In this document: one piece after another, positions 36,279 to 49,707 of the stretch
How positions within the stretch are numbered: the stretch's first letter is position 1
Layout of the letters: every line of letters begins with the position of its first letter
Assembly (NCBI RefSeq): GCF_018350175.1
Contig: NC_058383.1
Coordinates: 23,748,001-23,812,000, forward strand
Length of the DNA stretch: 64,000 nt
From: Felis catus
Taxonomy: Eukaryota
Direction: 5' to 3'
Position numbers and translations under genes: made by a program
Notes under the pieces: model-generated
Told to the model about the DNA's origin: nothing
Seen by the model: only the letters and a program-made list of their open reading frames with translations
The model's database searches: none

Positions 36279-37942
36279 GTAAGAGACAAGTCACAATAAA
36301 GTTGCTTTCCACTTAACATTTACCACATGCAATTTAACTCTACACACTGGTTTAAAACACACAAACAAAAAACCTAACGCAAGCCAACTTCTTGGTCTGG
36401 TGCAAATGAAAAAAAGGGTGAATACTCCCAACTTGTAAAGGAAGCTGGTTGTGGTGTATCCATACACATGAGGGATACTGGAATTTACGGGTAGTCTAAA
36501 GGATTTTTCCAAGGGTCATCCTGAATCTGCTTGATTTTTTCCCTTAGGGCACACTCTGAACTTTGGAACCCAACAGCTGCAGAGGTTCACAACCCCACAG
36601 CACTTAACAGTACTGTGTTGAAAGACTTGTTTCAATGGACAGATAAGAATGGTTTGTATGTCACATTCTGTTTTTTTATTTTTATGTTTCCCTTTTTAAA
36701 CAAAGGGAGAGAGGCTGCTTTAGCACTTGGGCTTGATCAAAGCAGTGTGTTTTCTTTGCTATTTGATACACCAACTGAAATCATACCGATATTAAATCTT
36801 ACTCCTTTTAAAGGGAAAGCTCATTAAAGACAGAGAGCCACAGCCTCGCCCTGGGGAAACTACTGGGATTAATGAGTGTTTATAGTTCTTGCCCTTTCAT
36901 TCTCAAACATCGGAGATAAATCTCAAGGGGCTGCGGCTGAAACAGTACGGCTGCAATTTACAAGAAAATGAGCCCAGTTTCAAGCAGAAAATACCAAAGA
37001 GAGGGCCTGGGGAACAGATTCTACATATAAACGTCAGATGCTAAGAAAACACAGAGGAACACTGTACACGGATACTTCAGGTACACTGTGGATGCTGCCA
37101 CTGAGATGCGGAGTATATATCTGCTTGGAGGAAAGGCTCCAGTTCCAAATTGCTGACCTTACATGTAAAAGGTTTGAGGCGCACCCTCTCCCACACTAGC
37201 TGATGGAGAAGTTAGAGGTAGTAAATGTGTGCATACAAAAATCAAACCTGTTATATAAAGCCCACTCTAGAAAGCATGCTGAAAAATGGAATTTGTATTC
37301 CAGAAAATCAGTTGCATTCGGGAAGGAAATTAAAAGATAAGCCAACAACCAGCGTGCAGGCCTTCGCCCACAGCAGAAGGGGGCCTGATACTGTGCAATC
37401 TTACATCCACAGAACAATGCCATGCATGCATCCAAATGCTCTGAAATAAGGCTTTGCACTAAGTCATGATAAGATACACCCTGGGAAAAGTTAATGTGCA
37501 GCTCTACCCTCCCCATCACAACTCAGGAAACAAATTCGGTGGGCCCAAGATTTCATTTCAGTACAGCCTGAAAAAGCTGGTGAGCAAAGCCCAAAGCCCT
37601 AACAGTTTTCATTAATGGCAGCAAAAAGCACTTTCTTACATCTCATGACCCAAAAAGAAAAAACAGAAGAAGCAGCTCAAAATGATATGTTGGTTCATTA
37701 GGCTGCTTTCTCGATCCCCACTCCCCAAGATGCTGCCCTAAGGGACAGCTGTAGTGTCTCTGCTAATAGCAAAGACACGTTCAAGAGTCAAAAAACTAAA
37801 TACAAAAGTTGATTTACAATACACTAAAAATACTTGCCCCTTACCCCCGCCAAAAAAAACCATAAATGATAAGTCTTCCCCCTCCCCTCCCTGCGCTTAG
37901 CCCTTTGGCTTGGGACTGGAAGGCAGTGATTTTCCTGGCAAG

Positions 37943-38052
37943 CTATTCCTCCATCTGGGCCCAGGCTTCCTCCGCCTTCTGGTAGTACTGGTTGGCCAGC
38001 CGGCCCTTCATGGCTTCCATCGCTGCCTCGGCTGCCTGTGTGTACAAGTCGC
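37943..38052 (-). CDS. EEF2K: EEF2K last exon (18), coding part (DLYTQAAEAAMEAMKGRLANQYYQKAEEAWAQMEE*)
   Basis: CTCTCCTTCAG acceptor; TAG stop at 37943-37945. Confidence 0.96.
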
Positions 38053-38929
38053 CTGAAGGAGAGCAAAGTGGGGCACAAGAGGTGAACCACCTGTTGTTTT
38101 TGCCAGCCCTATGACCCAGACCCCTCCCGGGGAACAGTACCCTAAGATTTCTTTAAGAACCCAAATGACTTCTTCCTGACCTGAGTGGGCAGGTGATTCA
38201 AACCTAGCCAATCAGAACACTCTCCCAATTCCCACCTGCCTTAGGGACTTAAACATAGCCAATCAGACATCCAGACTTAGGCACAGCCAATCAGAGTACA
38301 CCATCTCAATGAGGTCAGTGATTGGCTTAAGGGTGAGGGGGTGATTCCATTTGATCCAATGAGAATCAGGGTGAGGATTTTTACAGGCCTAATTAGGGAA
38401 TGCATGAAAGTGGAAGCAATAAATAGAAGAAATAAAGATTATTAACAGTTTCATGTCAGTTCTGGAGAGGTTTTTGCTTCCAAGACAATTTGTGCAAAGT
38501 GTACAAAAACACTTGGTTTTCAGAGTTTTTTGGATTTAGAAATTTCAAATAAGGGATTTTAGAGTTGCATTATTATTTGCTTAGTTTTTTTTTTTTTTAA
38601 AGTTTCTTTATTTTGAGAGAGAGAGAGAGAGAGACGGACAGAACAGGAAGGGGCAGAGAGAGAGGGAGAGACAGAACCCCAAGCAGGCTCCATGCTGTCA
38701 GAGCAGGGGCCAATGTGGGGCTTGAACCCACAACTGGTGAGATCATGACCTGAGCTGAAATCAAGAGCCAGAGGCCTAACCAGCTGAGCTACCCACGTAC
38801 CCCTTATTGGCTTCGTTTTTTTTTCACACACCTTAAAAAAACTTTAAACTGTTAAATATAGGCTCATCCTATGAAATCAGGAGTTCAGTATGCTTATTAT
38901 GTAACAGAAAAAAATATATATATATAGTG

Positions 38930-39355
38930 TGCACGTCAACTGATGAATGTATAAACACAATGTGGTGTATCTATACAATGGGATATTATTTGGTAATAAA
39001 AAGGAATGACGTACTGATACCTGCTACAATATGGATGAACCTTCAAAACAAGATGCTAAGTGAAAGAAGCTAGACACAAAAGACCACATATTGTATGATT
39101 ACATTGATATGAAACATCCAGAACAGGTAAATCCATAAAGACAGAGAACAGGTTAGTAGTAGCCAGGGACAGAGGAAGGGGGAAATAGGGACTGACTGCT
39201 AACCGGTACCAGGTTTCTTTTTGGTGTACTGAAAATGTTCTGGAATTAGATAGTGGTGATGGTTGCACAACATGATGAATATACTAAAAACCACTGACCC
39301 ATGCACTTAAAAATGGTGACTGCTGTGTAATGAAAATGTCAGTTCAATTTTTAAA
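38930..39355 (+). mobile_element. Old L1M 3' fragment
   Basis: TGATGAATGTATAAAC...GAAAATGTTCTGGAATTAGATAGTGGTGATGGTTGCACAAC. Confidence 0.75.
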
Positions 39356-39841
39356 ATTACAAAAATACCAAACTCCTAATATATAACCATTAAAATAAAA
39401 ATGTTCATTTGCATCCCAGCTCCATAAAACCCCCTCCTAAACCAGCACCATATGGGTATCCAGCCTGTCACGCAGGGCTGGTATGTCTCTTTCTCCCCTC
39501 CAGTGAAAGAAGAGACTGTCTTAGGGCACCTGGTTGGCTCAGTTGGTTAAGCGTCTGATTCTTGATTCCAGCTCAGGTCATGATCTCGGGATCCATGGGA
39601 TCGAATCCTGAGTCAGGCTCTGCGCTGACAGCTTGGGATTCTCTCTCTCCTTCTCCCTCTGCCCTTCCCCCCTCCCCCCCTCCCCTCACTCTCTTTCTCT
39701 CCAAGTAAATAAAAACTGAAAAAAAAAAAAAAAAAAAAAAAAAAAAGAAGAGATTCAGTCTTGCCTTTGCCATAATTCCCACTGAGACAGGAATTATGTC
39801 CCTCCCTGTTCCATACCAGGGGCAGGTCAGCCAGGCCCTAC

Positions 39842-40020
39842 CTGATCTCTGCGGGTCCTTCTCCAGCCCACAGCCACCGGTAAACAGCATCTCGGCCTCC
39901 CTGGCCAGCAGCGTGTATCGAGGCTCATCTTGCATCCCATCATACTCCCCGCCCTCATCACAGTCTGTCATCTCCAGGGCAGTGTTGTACCAGCGCAGAG
40001 CCTCTGGCCAGTCTCGGGAC
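39842..40020 (-). CDS. EEF2K: EEF2K exon 17 (SRDWPEALRWYNTALEMTDCDEGGEYDGMQDEPRY...KDPQRS)
   Basis: TCTCCTGGAAG acceptor, GTAGGG donor, 179 nt. Confidence 0.93.
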
Positions 40021-40355
40021 CTTCCAGGAGATACAAAGGAAAAGTTGGAGGTTACCATGGCAATGGGCAGAGGGAGGAGACCCATCAGCAGGAGAGGCAA
40101 GTCAGGGATCCCAGTGGGGCCACCACCTATGATTCATGACCCATGGTACCCAGTGCTACCACATCTAAGGGGTGTCATTCACATTGCAGGTTTAGATATT
40201 AAGACAGTAGTCAAGTAGCTTTCCCTAGCAAAATTGGTATATTACCCAGGATACCTGGGTGGCTCAGTTGGTTAAGCATCTGACTCTTGATATGGCTCAG
40301 GTCATGATCAAGCCCCGAGTTGGGCTCTTTGCTGACAGCAAGGAGCCTGCTTGGG

Positions 40356-40400
<45 letters not shown>

Positions 40401-42837
40401 GTCTCTGTCTCTGTCTCTCTCTGTCTCTCTCTCAGCCCCTCCCCCACTCACCTCCATGGTATATTCTCTCTCAAAATAAATAAATAAACATTTTAAAAAA
40501 TTGGCACATGTATTACACAATTTCCAACAGATGATGTAGCGTATTTTGAGGAAGGGGCATTTTTCTAGTTTGTACAGAATCACACTACGGACTAACATTA
40601 GCAGCAGCTGGTACCCAGCCAGTCTGCTCTATGACTTGAGTAGGAGAGGCGGTGGGTGGAGGACCCTTTCTCAAGGCCTCCAGAACCATCCAAGCTAACA
40701 GCAGTCACTCAGCCGCATCTTATCCTCTGCCTGTGCTGGCCAGCTCTGGCGCTCCTCCAGCACAACCCAGGGCTCTCCCCAGAATAGCCGGCTTTTCTCT
40801 GGCTCTGCCCCTCCACCCTCAACTCTTTCTCCCTACTACGAAAGGCCAAGCCACCAAGGGCATACACGGGTTCCAACCAAATCTGAACAACATAAAATAC
40901 AAAGCAAACAGGGCAGCGGGCTCTTTCGTGGGGTGTACTAACTGCACAATACGAAGCATGTGAGTAACTATTTATAGCATATCAGGAAAGAGCAAAGAGA
41001 GACGCAGATAAGAAAGTCTATGGGTCTCGTGAAATGTGCCAGGAATAACAGCTCCAATGACTGGCTGGCCTCTCCTTTGAGGCCCTACCCGACCTGGCTC
41101 CACCCCTATCTTAGAGCCCATTAACCTCCCCCAGGCCAGACTGGCTGAGCCACTTTCTCTTTCCAGAACGTGCCAGACTCTGTCTGCTGTTTGGCCTCTG
41201 CCCCCGCTGCTCCCTCTGCTTGAGCGCTCTTTCTTCAAGTCTTTCCATGCCTGGCTCCTCATCCCCCCAACCTCAGCTCATACATCACCTCCCAAACACT
41301 CTATTTCCTATGATGACCTCGATCATATAATCCCGTAATTCTCCTGTTGACTTATTCAGTTGCTTATTATGGCTTCCCTTGGCTAGAACACAAGCTCCAA
41401 GAAGGCAGGGACTTTGTTGTGTCCGCTGCGGCATTCCCAGGGCTCGGCAAATAGCTCAGCCTTCCTAAATGTCTGTTGAATGAATAAACGTAAACAAGTG
41501 GCTGGCTGGGATGGCGTTCAGGAGATAACACTGATTCCATTTTATTTCATAAAAAGGGGAAATCATTTGAAAATTCTTGGTGACCTGACAAACTAGGGCT
41601 TGAACAGTGGACTGAGGCCACTAAACTACATCATCTCACCCTTCTCAGCTTTGACCCTCCCTGGTCCAGAAGGGCAAAGCAGAACTGCCCCAAAAGCATT
41701 AAAAAGGAAAGAGGAGGACAGGCCTAATCTCTCCCTGCCCGCCTCCCACCACACCCTACACCCCAAGGTTAGGGTGCCCACCTTGCCTTGGAATCGCCAA
41801 TGATTTTCCTTCCCATATTAAATGGCAACTTCTGGGGCGCCTGGGCGGCTCAGTCGGTTAAGTGTCTGACTCTTGATTTCAGATCAGGTCATAATATCAC
41901 GGTTCATGAGTTTGAGTCCTATGTTGGACTCTGCACTGATAGCATGGAGGCTGAGTGGGATTCTCTCTCTCTCTCCCTCTCTCCACCCCTCCTCCACTCA
42001 CACTCTCTTGTGCGAGCTCTCTCTCTCCCTCTCAAAATAAACAAACATTAAAAAAAATAAATAAATGGTAACTTCTGAGAAAGTTGAAACCCCTTACATG
42101 TAAATGTGGGCCTATATGGGACCCTGCCTTACCCAGAGCTGGCCCTTAATTAATAGTCTCTGAATGGAAGAGGCTGGAACTGCTTGGAATGAGGAGGAAG
42201 AATAAGAAAATGACTATGGCAGAAGCTATAAAAGCAAATGTTGACAGATTTAACTACATAAATATTAAAAACCAGTTGCCCCAAACCCAGTAACAATGGT
42301 CACACTGTGTGGAACATGTGCCACCTCCCTCCCTCACGCTGATGACAGCCATCTTCAAAAATAATTTTTTTAAAAAAGAAGCATATGCCTCAGAGTTGAT
42401 AGCCTTAATGTTAAAAAATTCTTACAAATCAGGGACACCTGGGTGGCTCAGTTGGTTAAGTGTCTGACTTCGGCTCAGGTCACAATCTCACACCTCGTGA
42501 GTTCGAGCCCCATGTCGGGCTCTGTGTCGACAGTTCAGAGCCTGGATGGAGTCTGTTTCGAATTCTGTGTCTCCTTGTCTCTCTGTCCCTCCCCCATTCC
42601 CACTCTGTCTCTGTCCCTCAAAAATTCATAAACATGAAAAAAAAAAGTGTTTTAAATTCTTACAAATCAAAACAACTGTCATCTCAGATAAAAAGTAAAT
42701 AAAAGGCATGAAGAGAAAACACATAAAGATTTCTTAAGGACCTCAGATACAAATATTCAATGCCCAGCTTGAGCCCCATCCCACCATGCAATCAATGGGC
42801 ACCATATACATTGGCATCTGGCCTGACATAAGCACGT

Positions 42838-43331
<494 letters not shown>

Positions 43332-44660
43332 ATGCCAGTATAGTTCTGAATCTGAGAAGCAAGCCAGTACACAGTACATTGGAGGAGAGGGGACAAGACC
43401 CAAGATTTGGCTCTGCCACTTACTAGCTACCTGACCTTGGCCAAGTCCCTTCACTTCTCAGAACTACGGTTTACTCATCTGTACAATGGGGCTAAAAACA
43501 CCTCCCCTGTCTGTGTCCGAGAGAAGTGTGGGTTCGTTTATTCAAACAACTAGTAAGCCAGGCCCTGCGCTAAGCGCTGGGATTATAGAGATGCAGGAGA
43601 CCCCAGTTCTTGTTCTCAGTGAGATCACAGATCTCAGATCTCTCAAAATCACAGATACGAAGGTACAGTCGAAAAAGAAGGGGACGTGATTGTCACACTA
43701 GGTATCTGATAAAATTGTGGATGCATGATATGTAGTAGAGGTGAGATGTCACAAATGGAGACATTTTAGACACTGAGAGCTTGATACAATGCAGCCACAG
43801 TTCTGACCTTCCTTAAACCCAGGGAGAAAAGTGAGACCTCGACCCAAAGAGGAAGAAACTTCCAGGCTGCTCCAACCCTGCAGGTTTAGATAATCATAGT
43901 GCCCACCCTGCTCCCATCCAGAAAGCCACGGGCCCCTGAGGACAGCAGGAACAGCTGAGATCCAGTGGGAGCCAGAGGCTGAGCAAGGGGTCGCATTATG
44001 AGTTGAATTCCTTCAAAGGATCTCCGCCGTTGGGACTTCTGGGACTTCCCACTGGCTAAGCCAAGGAGATGAGATGAAGCGGGGCCACACCTCCTGCCCT
44101 CCGCTGCAGAAACCAGTCTTGGCACCGCAGCCGGAGTGACAGCTGGGAAAGTGCTGGCACCTGCAGCGGGGGAGCCTTCAGGAGACTCAGAGCCACTCTG
44201 GAAACTCACACCAGGCCTGAATCTCCATGAGATCTTGCTTCCTTCCTTGCTCTCCCTCTCAGAAGTGAAAAATAACATCACAAAAATAAAAGTAGAAAGA
44301 GGAAACTAAAGTCACCCATAATCCTAACATCTAGGGACAACCACTCTGGACCTAAAGCAAATCTCTTGGCAGAATGGCTGGGATGTCCCTGCTTTATCTG
44401 CCAGGCTCGGGGAGGATTACGGGCATCATGTCAATGAACCCTCACATAACCACCCTGGAATGCAGGTTATATAATTATCCCCATTTCACACAATGAAGAC
44501 ACTGAGATCACTTGTCCACAAGCGAAATAACTTGTCCACAGTAGGGGACTGGGACCGGGGGAGCTGAGCCTGGAACCTGGGTCTGTGCTGATACTGAGGG
44601 GGAAGTCCCCGCCTGTGGCCCAGGTTCCCACCAGCTCCACTTGAGCGACAGCCACGGTAC

Positions 44661-44785
44661 CTGTCTGGGCTGAGGTTCTGGCCAGTGTCAAAAGCCCGAG
44701 CCACCAGGATCATGGACTGTCTGTCGCCAGCTTCAGCTGCCTTCAGTAAGTAATCAAATCCTTTAGTTTTATTCTCTTCTGTTTC
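44661..44785 (-). CDS. EEF2K: EEF2K exon 16 (ETEENKTKGFDYLLKAAEAGDRQSMILVARAFDTGQNLSPD)
   Basis: ATTGACAG acceptor, GTACCG donor, 125 nt; SEL1-like repeat. Confidence 0.94.
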
Positions 44786-47039
44786 CTGTCAATACAGACC
44801 AAAGAGGGGGAGAGAAACGGAAATGAGGCAGGGAGGAATGGAAGCTTAGCCCACTCTTGCTCACTGCTCTGATTCCTCCAGACAGCCACATCATCTCTTG
44901 CCTCCAATAGGGTTCCTTGCTTCCATTATTTAAAAAGTTTTTATTCTGGGGCACCTGGGTAGCTGAGTCAGTTAAGCATCCCGACTCCTGATTTTGGCTC
45001 AGGTCATGGTTTGTGGGTTCAAGCCTCGCATCAGGCTTTGCACTGACAGTGCATGGTGTCTGCTTGGGATTTTGTCTCTCCCTCTCTCTCTGCCCCTCCC
45101 CTGCTCACTCTCCCTCTCTCTCTCTCTCAAAAATAATAAATAAACATTTTTTAAAAGTTTTTATTTTTAAAAAGTTTTTTTAAACTTTTCTTTTTATGTA
45201 AAAAGTTTTTAACAGCTTTATTGAGGTATACTTCACATACCATACAATTCATCCATGTAAAGCACTCAATTCAGTGGGTTTTAGTACATTCACAGAACGT
45301 GCAGCCATCCCCATTATCAATTTCAGAATATTTTCATCAGCCCAAAAATAAACCAAAATACCATACCCTTTCACTGTCACTTCCCAGTTGCCCCATCCCA
45401 CCCAGCCCTAAGTAACCACGAGCTTACCCTCTGTCTCTAGAGATTTCTCTATTCTGGACACTTTATAGAAATGCAATCATATAGTACGTGGTCTACTGTG
45501 ACTCGCTTAACTTCACATAAAGGTTTTAATAGATTGGTGCTTTGTTCTTTTTATGGCAAATAATATTCCATCGTATGGACAGATCACATTTTATTCATCA
45601 GTTGGAGAATGTTTGGGTTGTTTCCACCTTTTGGCTGAATAATGCTGCTATGAACATCTGTTACAAGTTTTCACGTGGCTGTGTGTTTTTATTCTTTCGG
45701 GTAGATAGCTAGGAGCGGAATTGCGAGTCACATGTAACTCCTACTTAGCCTTTGGAGGGGCTACAGTGGCTGCACCATTTCACATTCCCACCGACAGTGC
45801 ACCACCTGCTTCCATTCTGTTCCCCCAACATCCATCCCATAGCAGCAGCGGAGGGATGCTTTTAAAGACCAGGTCAGGTCACATTACTTTATCAAAGCTG
45901 CCCATGGCTTCTTATCCCCACTCAGAGACAAATCCAAAACCCTCACATCAGCCCATGAGGCCCTTCTCAACCACCAGGCTTCAAGAAGTATGGGAGGGAG
46001 GGCACCTCGGGGGCTCAGTTGTTCAAGCATCTGCCTCTTGATCTTGGCTCAGGTCATGATCTCAGGGTTCTTGTGATCAAGCCCCACCGCGGGCTCTGCA
46101 CTGACAAATCCCTGTTTGGGATTCTTTCTTTCTCTCTCTGCCCCTCCCCTGCTCACACTCTCTTTCAAAATAAATAAAAAACAAAAAAAAAAGCGTGGCA
46201 GGGACCACCAGCTGTCTCCATATCCATTGTCCTCCACCATATTTTGGGCGCCACGTGGCTGACTAGTTACAGGCTACGTTTCTCAGCCTCCCCTGGAGCC
46301 AGAACTCTGTCCTAATACAAGAAGCCCCTCCGGTCACTCTCAATCACCTTGTCTGGTATTTTCTCCTCAGCACAATAGAACAATGCCTGGCATGGGAGGT
46401 GCTCAATAAAGGCTAGTTATTTTTAATTCTGTTGGAAAGATTTTTGTTAATTATGATCTGTACTATATCCTTCTCCATTTGAAAAGTTTACTCCATGAGA
46501 GCAGGAACCTAGGACGGTGCCCAGAGGGTTGGAGACTCTCAAAAAGCATGTGCTAAATTCATGCATGTGTTAGTAAGAAAACAAACAAAAGTCCCAAAGG
46601 AGGGGGCAGTGGAGAAAGTGGGTGATGGGGTTTCTAGGGCACATAGCGGCTTCTCAGGGTACACACCCATCATTTCTTTTGCTAAGCCATAAGCCTGCTG
46701 GGACACAGCTTACTTCCTCCCTGCCTGCCCTGTCCTAACCGTCCACCCACACTCCTGCTAGGGAAAGCTGCCAAAGTCTATCCTCCGGAGAAAGGCCTTT
46801 GAGAGGCTTACAGGTGAGAGAGGAATCTGAAATGGCTTGTAAATCCCTTTACAAAGCTGCCAGAGTGTGGTTTGTGTAAACAGCCTGAGGTCACAAGAAG
46901 ATCTCCCCCCAGTCCTGGTCCCTCACCACTCATGCCGGGCTCTGGGCTTACTTTATTCAGGCCTCAAATCCTTCTGAATGTCCTCTCTGGACACAGAGTG
47001 CCAGGCTCTGTGGCAGATGCTGGGGGAACAGGCCAAAGG

Positions 47040-47183
47040 CAGCAGTATGCTGGAGCCGGCTCTCTGAGCTCAGGAGAACTGACCATGAAATTATCGGGAA
47101 TTTTGCAAGCCGACTGTAAAACACAGTCATTATTAAAAATTACATAAACTTACAATTAAATGAATTATATTAAAAACAAAGGC
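47040..47183 (+). mobile_element. MER63-like hAT element end, interrupted by later SINE and MER20 insertions
   Basis: TGCTGGAGCCGGCTC...GGGAATTTTGCAAGCCGA resembles the MER63 end as I recall it. Confidence 0.45.
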
Positions 47184-47410
47184 GGGGCGCCTGGGTGGCG
47201 CAGTCGGTTAAGTGTCCGACTTCAGCCAGGTCACGATCTTGCGGTCCGTGAGTTTGAGCCCCGCGTCAGGCTCTGGGCTGATGGCTCAGAGCCTGGAGCC
47301 TGTTTCTGATTCTGTGTCTCCCTCTCTCTCTGCCCCTCCCCCGTTCATGCTCTGTCTCTCTCTGTCCCAAAAATAAATAAAAAACGTTGAAAAAAAATTA
47401 AAAAAAAAAA
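47184..47410 (+). mobile_element. Young felid CAN-SINE
   Basis: Near-identical to the copy at 32044. Confidence 0.9.
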
Positions 47411-47522
47411 GGCAACAAATACTCAAAACTCATGACTTTTTTTTTTTTAAACTCATGACTTTCTATTTATTTTAGCTATGATGTACTGTTGTCCATATTC
47501 TTCAGATTATTTATGTCTATTT

Positions 47523-47738
47523 CTGGGTTTCTCAACCTTGCACTACTGACATTTTGGACCAAATAATTCTCTGCTGTGGGGGCTGTCCTGTGTATGGTAG
47601 GATGTTGAACAGCATCCCTCGCCTCTATGCACTAGACGCCAGTTGCAACCCCAATATTTTGACTATCAAAAGTGTCTCCAGGCATTGTCAAGGGTCCCCT
47701 GGAGAAGGAACAGCAGAATGACTGGTTGAGAACCACTG
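47523..47738 (-). mobile_element. MER20 DNA transposon (near full length)
   Basis: CTGGGTTTCTCAACC...GGTTGAGAACCACTG terminal inverted repeats with MER20 internal sequence. Confidence 0.8.
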
Positions 47739-47869
47739 GTCTCTTGAATCTGTACGACAGAAATACCGTACATTTCTTTGTATTGGGGCCTTGAAAATGG
47801 CACCGTAGTCACATTTACATCACAGAAAGTGGAAAATAGTACAGATCAGAGGGCTTTTTAAAAAAAAAA

Positions 47870-48468
47870 AAATTGTTTTAATGTTTATTTAGTTCTTGAG
47901 AGACAGAGACAGAGCATGAGAGAGAGAGGGAGACACAGAATCTGAAGCAGGCTCCAGGCTCCAAGCTGTCAGCACAGAGCCCGATGTGGGGCTTGAACTC
48001 ACCAACTATGAGATCATGACCTGAGCAGAAATTGGATGCTCAACTGACTGAGCCACCCAGGCACCCCTCTTTTTTGTTTTTTTTTTAAGTAGGCTCTACG
48101 CTCAACATGGGGCTTTGAATGCCCAATACAGGGCTTGAACTCATGACCCTGAAATCAAGAGTCTCATGCTCTTCTGACTGAGCCAGGCAGGCGCCCACCT
48201 ACAGATCAGACTTTGATTGTTCTTTTCGATGGTCTTGATGGAAAGCAAGAGTTGGAGAAAACATTCATAATGCAGATTAAACTTACAAGTGTGTCACATC
48301 TGTAAACATGACATTGTGACTAGCACAGAAAATTGAAGAAACATTTTTCAGTATTTTTTTAAAGTTTATTTTGAGAGAGGGTGCGCAGGAGAGGGGCAGA
48401 GAGAGGGAGGGAGGGAGAGGGAGAGAGGGAGGGAGGGAGGGAGGGAGGGGGGACGAGAGGGAGGGAGA

Positions 48469-48536
<68 letters not shown>

Positions 48537-48666
48537 CCCAAGCAGACTCCACGCTGTCAGTGCAGAGCCCCATGTGGGGCTTGAATCCATGAACCATGAG
48601 ATCATGACCTGAGCTGAAACCAAGAGTTGGACGCTTAACCAACTAACTAGACCACCCAGGTGCCCC
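47870..48666 (-). mobile_element. Three minus-strand CAN-SINEs, one with an expanded GA-rich tract (~48395-48533)
   Basis: Reverse heads ending at ~48067, 48196 and 48666. Confidence 0.8.
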
Positions 48667-49230
48667 TGTGTTTCAGTAGTTTAAAACCATTATCTGATTC
48701 AGCAAAGAAGTTGCTCACATCAGTGGCAAATGAATGAAGTTCCAGTTCTGACCATCCTGTCACCTCTGCCCCCTCTGCCTGGACAGCTCACCTCCCACAT
48801 TCTGCCTGGCTCACTCCCACTCAGCTTTTAGGCCTAACTCAGAGGTCACCTCATTCATCCGTCCCACAAATGTACACTGAATATGTACTGGGCATCGGGC
48901 TCTGTTCTCACCACCAAGGATACAGACGGAACCCGCCATCAGGGGTTTCACCGACCCTGTGAAACCCACTCAGGGCCCTTCCCATCTGCTTCCACCACTA
49001 CTTTCTGTTTCTCCCATCATGCCATGTCATAATTGCCTGGAATCACGACTGTCACCTTGCACTCGTTCCCCAGTGGCACATCCCAGTCCTACCAGTTTCA
49101 GCTAACCTGCAAGTGCCTGACCCCACACTGGGGCTCAGAAGTTTCCGGGGCATGCACAAACCTGCAGGATGGAGAGGACGATGACTGAGCACCCCCTCCC
49201 ACCCACGACTGGGTCCCTGCCGCCCCTCAC

Positions 49231-49419
49231 CTTCAGAGAGACGTCGGCCAGGATGTGGTGGGGCAGCTGTGAGCACATGAGCCCCAGGGCCACGATGGCC
49301 TCCAGCTCGCCCAGGTCGGCCGCATGCTCCAGATGGAAGACGGCCGACTCGCGGTCCCAGTCCTCGTCCTTCTCGCAGAAGCGCCCGCCCTCGTGGTAGC
49401 GCACCATGGCCAGATGGAC
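49231..49419 (-). CDS. EEF2K: EEF2K exon 15 (VHLAMVRYHEGGRFCEKDEDWDRESAVFHLEHAADLGELEAIVALGLMCSQLPHHILADVSLK)
   Basis: TAG acceptor (weak), GTGAGG donor, 189 nt. Confidence 0.93.
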
Positions 49420-49572
49420 CTACCACACAGACTTGGCTGTTGGCCCAGCTGCCTGGGCAGAAGCACCCAGGGCCGCCCAGCCAGCCTGCGGGAGGAAGCG
49501 ATTAGCGGAGCAGAGGCGTGAGCTGGGCTCTGGGTCAGCGGAAAAAGGGCTCTGAGGCGGGCACCACCGTAC

Positions 49573-49707
49573 CTTCCCCAGAATGGACTTCCCGATTTTT
49601 TTTTCAAGGTCCAGAGCGTTAAGCCTTTGCACTTCCAGGGCCACAGCGGAAGGTCTGGGCAGGTGGAGGCGGGAGGGGTTGAGGAGATTCCACTTGTCCA
49701 CGCACAC
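49573..49707 (-). CDS. EEF2K: EEF2K exon 14 (VCVDKWNLLNPSRLHLPRPSAVALEVQRLNALDLEKKIGKSILGK)
   Basis: CTCTTTCAG acceptor, GTACGG donor, 135 nt; includes the S500-equivalent site. Confidence 0.94.
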
